DNA of 64,000 bases from Orbicella franksi (Eukaryota): positions 13,702,001-13,766,000 of the forward strand of contig OZ116700.1 in NCBI GenBank assembly GCA_964199315.1, read 5' to 3'. The number at the start of each line of letters is the position of its first letter. The first letter of the stretch is position 1. Both the position numbers and the translations under genes were made by a program. Under the pieces are notes generated by a model that was not told where the DNA came from, ran no database searches, and worked only from the letters and a program-made list of their open reading frames with translations. Shown one piece after another: positions 61,773 through 64,000 of this stretch.

Positions 61773-61825
61773 GCATCGCTGACTCATACATTGATTAAAG
61801 CCTATGGACTTATGGAAAATGCCAG
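61773..61825 (+). CDS. HDAC8: HDAC8 exon 2
   Basis: AG/GT bounded, 53 nt, ASLTHTLIKAYGLMENAR. Confidence 0.92.
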
Positions 61826-62229
61826 GTAATTACGTAGCGTTTCTTCATTGTCTTCATTGTAGTATCAGTCTTTGAAACACCATTCTTTTTCTTGACAAAT
61901 GTGTCATACTTCAGCTGTATCAAGAAAGTGGAAAACCGTCTGACTTAATTGCTGCAATTTGCCCGTGTGCTTACATGAAGCTCTCGCAGATACATTAAAT
62001 TTCAGTCATTTTCCGTAAAAAGGCTATCTTAATTAAAGGAAATTTCAACTTTTTGATCACAAAAATTGCTTTAATTAATCCAAGAAGTCAGTTGAACAAA
62101 TTATTAATATTGATACCTGCTGAAAAGCAGGTTTTTGTGTAATATTGACGTGGTTCAATTATTTTATACAGCTTAATCTTAACTTGAAAACCATGTATCA
62201 ATTAACTTTTGTGTATGTTCATCTTAAAG

Positions 62230-62600
62230 GGAAAATATCAGGGATGCTTGTTTGAAAATTTTCTAATTAGACCACTAAAGGAGACCAAACTGGGTGTGGT
62301 TCAAGCTTTATTTGACCCCTAAAAGATACCACTTAAAACGGCTCTATTACCAGCCACTCTTCAGTGGGGAGTCCACGTTAGTAGACCGGACTCATGAGAC
62401 CGGTAGAAATTGAGCCTAAAAACGGAATTAAGAGCATTTTTTCTATCTTTATTCTTTGAGTACCTTAAAAGATACTTTGACAGCCAAAAATAGTGGTGTT
62501 TTGTCATGAACACACAAAGTGAGACTAGAATCCTTGATTTATACCCCTAAGTGAGACAACGAGCATCCCCAACCTTTTCATATGAGTCCATCCCTCTGAG
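62230..62600. mobile_element. MITE-like insertion in HDAC8 intron 2
   Basis: gggatgcttgt... at the left is inverted to ...acgagcatccc at the right; degenerate. Confidence 0.4.
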
Positions 62601-62764
62601 GATCTTGTTACACTTATGCTACACGGTGCCAAATGTTATAATCATCTCAACTTGAGGTTGATAATTAGCTAAGTGTACAACACATACACAAACACATAAA
62701 TGATAGCACCATTCATGCAGCTTCAGGGAACTGGTTTCATAACGATACATGTATCTCTAAACAG

Positions 62765-62901
62765 AGTCGTTCAACCAAGACAAGCCTCAGTCAGAGAGCT
62801 TTCTGCTTTCCATTCTTTGGACTACATTGAGTGCTTAGAACAAGTAACAAATGGTGACGAGTGCGAGGAAGGGGAGCATGTGGCTTCTGAGTATGGTTTA
62901 G
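62765..62901 (+). CDS. HDAC8: HDAC8 exon 3
   Basis: VVQPRQASVRELSAFHSLDYIECLEQV...EYGL; AG/GT bounded with consistent phases. Confidence 0.93.
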
Positions 62902-63264
62902 GTATGATAGCACTAAACCTAACTAAGTTAACTTATGATAATGCTATACACCTGACCAGTTAAATGACTGCACATAGAAAGCGTACACATATTGACTGAA
63001 CCAGAAGCATATCACCTAGGTGATATGAACTCAATAGTGATTTGACTGGTGAGCAGAAATACTCACCCTTCGAACATCCAAGGCTTAGCGCACAGATGGT
63101 TGGCAGATGTCATCACATTTTTAGCCAACACATACACTGTAGTCCTTACTTGCTCACTAACTTACACGTACTTCCTTTTACCATATGGCAAACTAGTCTA
63201 GCAATTCTGATAAGTTCCCTAAGCAGTCTAAATTTACAATTCAGCAAACAATTCTTTTCCACAG

Positions 63265-63406
63265 GCTTTGATTGCCCTGTGTTTGATGACTTGTTTAACT
63301 GCATGTCTGCTGTAGCTGGAGGAACGCTTACTGCTGCCGAGATGTTGAACAAAAGGGAATGCTCTATAGCAATCAACTGGCAGGGAGGCTGGCACCATGC
63401 CCAGAG
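63265..63406 (+). CDS. HDAC8: HDAC8 exon 4
   Basis: GFDCPVFD...AGGTLTAA...AINWQGGWHHAQR (catalytic HH); 142 nt. Confidence 0.95.
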
Positions 63407-63932
63407 GTATGTAGCTCATGATTTTTATTCCTCAAACCATTCCTTTCCATATCAAGATTCTCCTTAAACCATAGAACAGAATGATATATAAGCTATTTTG
63501 CTCCTTCCACAAGCAACTACTATAACAATACTGTTGCAAGGGCAGCACAGTGGATATCATGTATGGGTGACATTGCACTGGCATATGATCAGCAAATTAC
63601 TATTAAAATTCTGCATCCAGCTAGAACAAGAGTTGACAAGGGATCAAACTCTGGCTCTTATTTTGCACTCTTGACAACCCTGTTAAAAGTAGACAGCTGC
63701 TCTTGAAAATCACAATCCACATGTATTGCACATCATGCAAATGATCCTGCACATCATGCATTACTCATATCACACCATACACATGTACTGCAAGTACTGC
63801 AACAAAGGGCTATGTGGCTATTAATTCCTCCGGTATGCATCACACGCCTACATTTTTTAAACTTTTCCAATCTAGTACATGCATGTGGAAATATTACAAC
63901 TGGTTTAAATTTTTTGTTCTTGGCATCATTAG

Positions 63933-64000
63933 GGATGAAGCATCTGGATTCTGCTATGTTAACGATGTTGTCTTAGGGATTTTGAAGTTGCGGGAGAAGT
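63933..64000 (+). CDS. HDAC8: HDAC8 exon 5 (runs off the window)
   Basis: DEASGFCYVNDVVLGILKLREK. Confidence 0.95.

Overview
Eukaryotic genomic DNA, about 61 kb of nested transposon sequence followed by the first five exons of HDAC8 (61514 to the window end). The host is probably a marine invertebrate such as a stony coral; this is inferred from the repeat families and the GT-AG intron structure. Main elements in order: a candidate HDV-like ribozyme resembling an RTE 5' end (1418-1539); a decayed Kolobok-like element (2306-4238); a ~12.8 kb Helentron/Helitron2-type element (4788-17567); a decayed BEL/Pao element (19348-26851); Tc1, Sola-like and pogo transposase relics and a RING/TRAF-like pseudogene; an apparently intact DIRS1 retrotransposon (38796-43514); a full-length piggyBac with two stops (45490-48061) inserted in a second Kolobok-type transposase, next to a KolX/P2X7-ballast-like relic. 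The Helentron encodes a herpes-tegument-like deubiquitinase + 23-aa repeats + HUH Rep + Pif1 helicase polyprotein and a separate RPA-like gene. It is split in helicase motif III by a young Ty3/Gypsy element (9596-13787). The BEL/Pao element carries a DINE-1-like non-autonomous Helentron that itself carries a MITE. The DIRS1 element has complete ITR/ICR termini and a likely -1 frameshift site. The most interesting signals are the ribozyme fold, the DIRS slippery site, and the promoter/terminus layout of the Helentron. All family assignments come from motif recognition by eye; no database searches were run.
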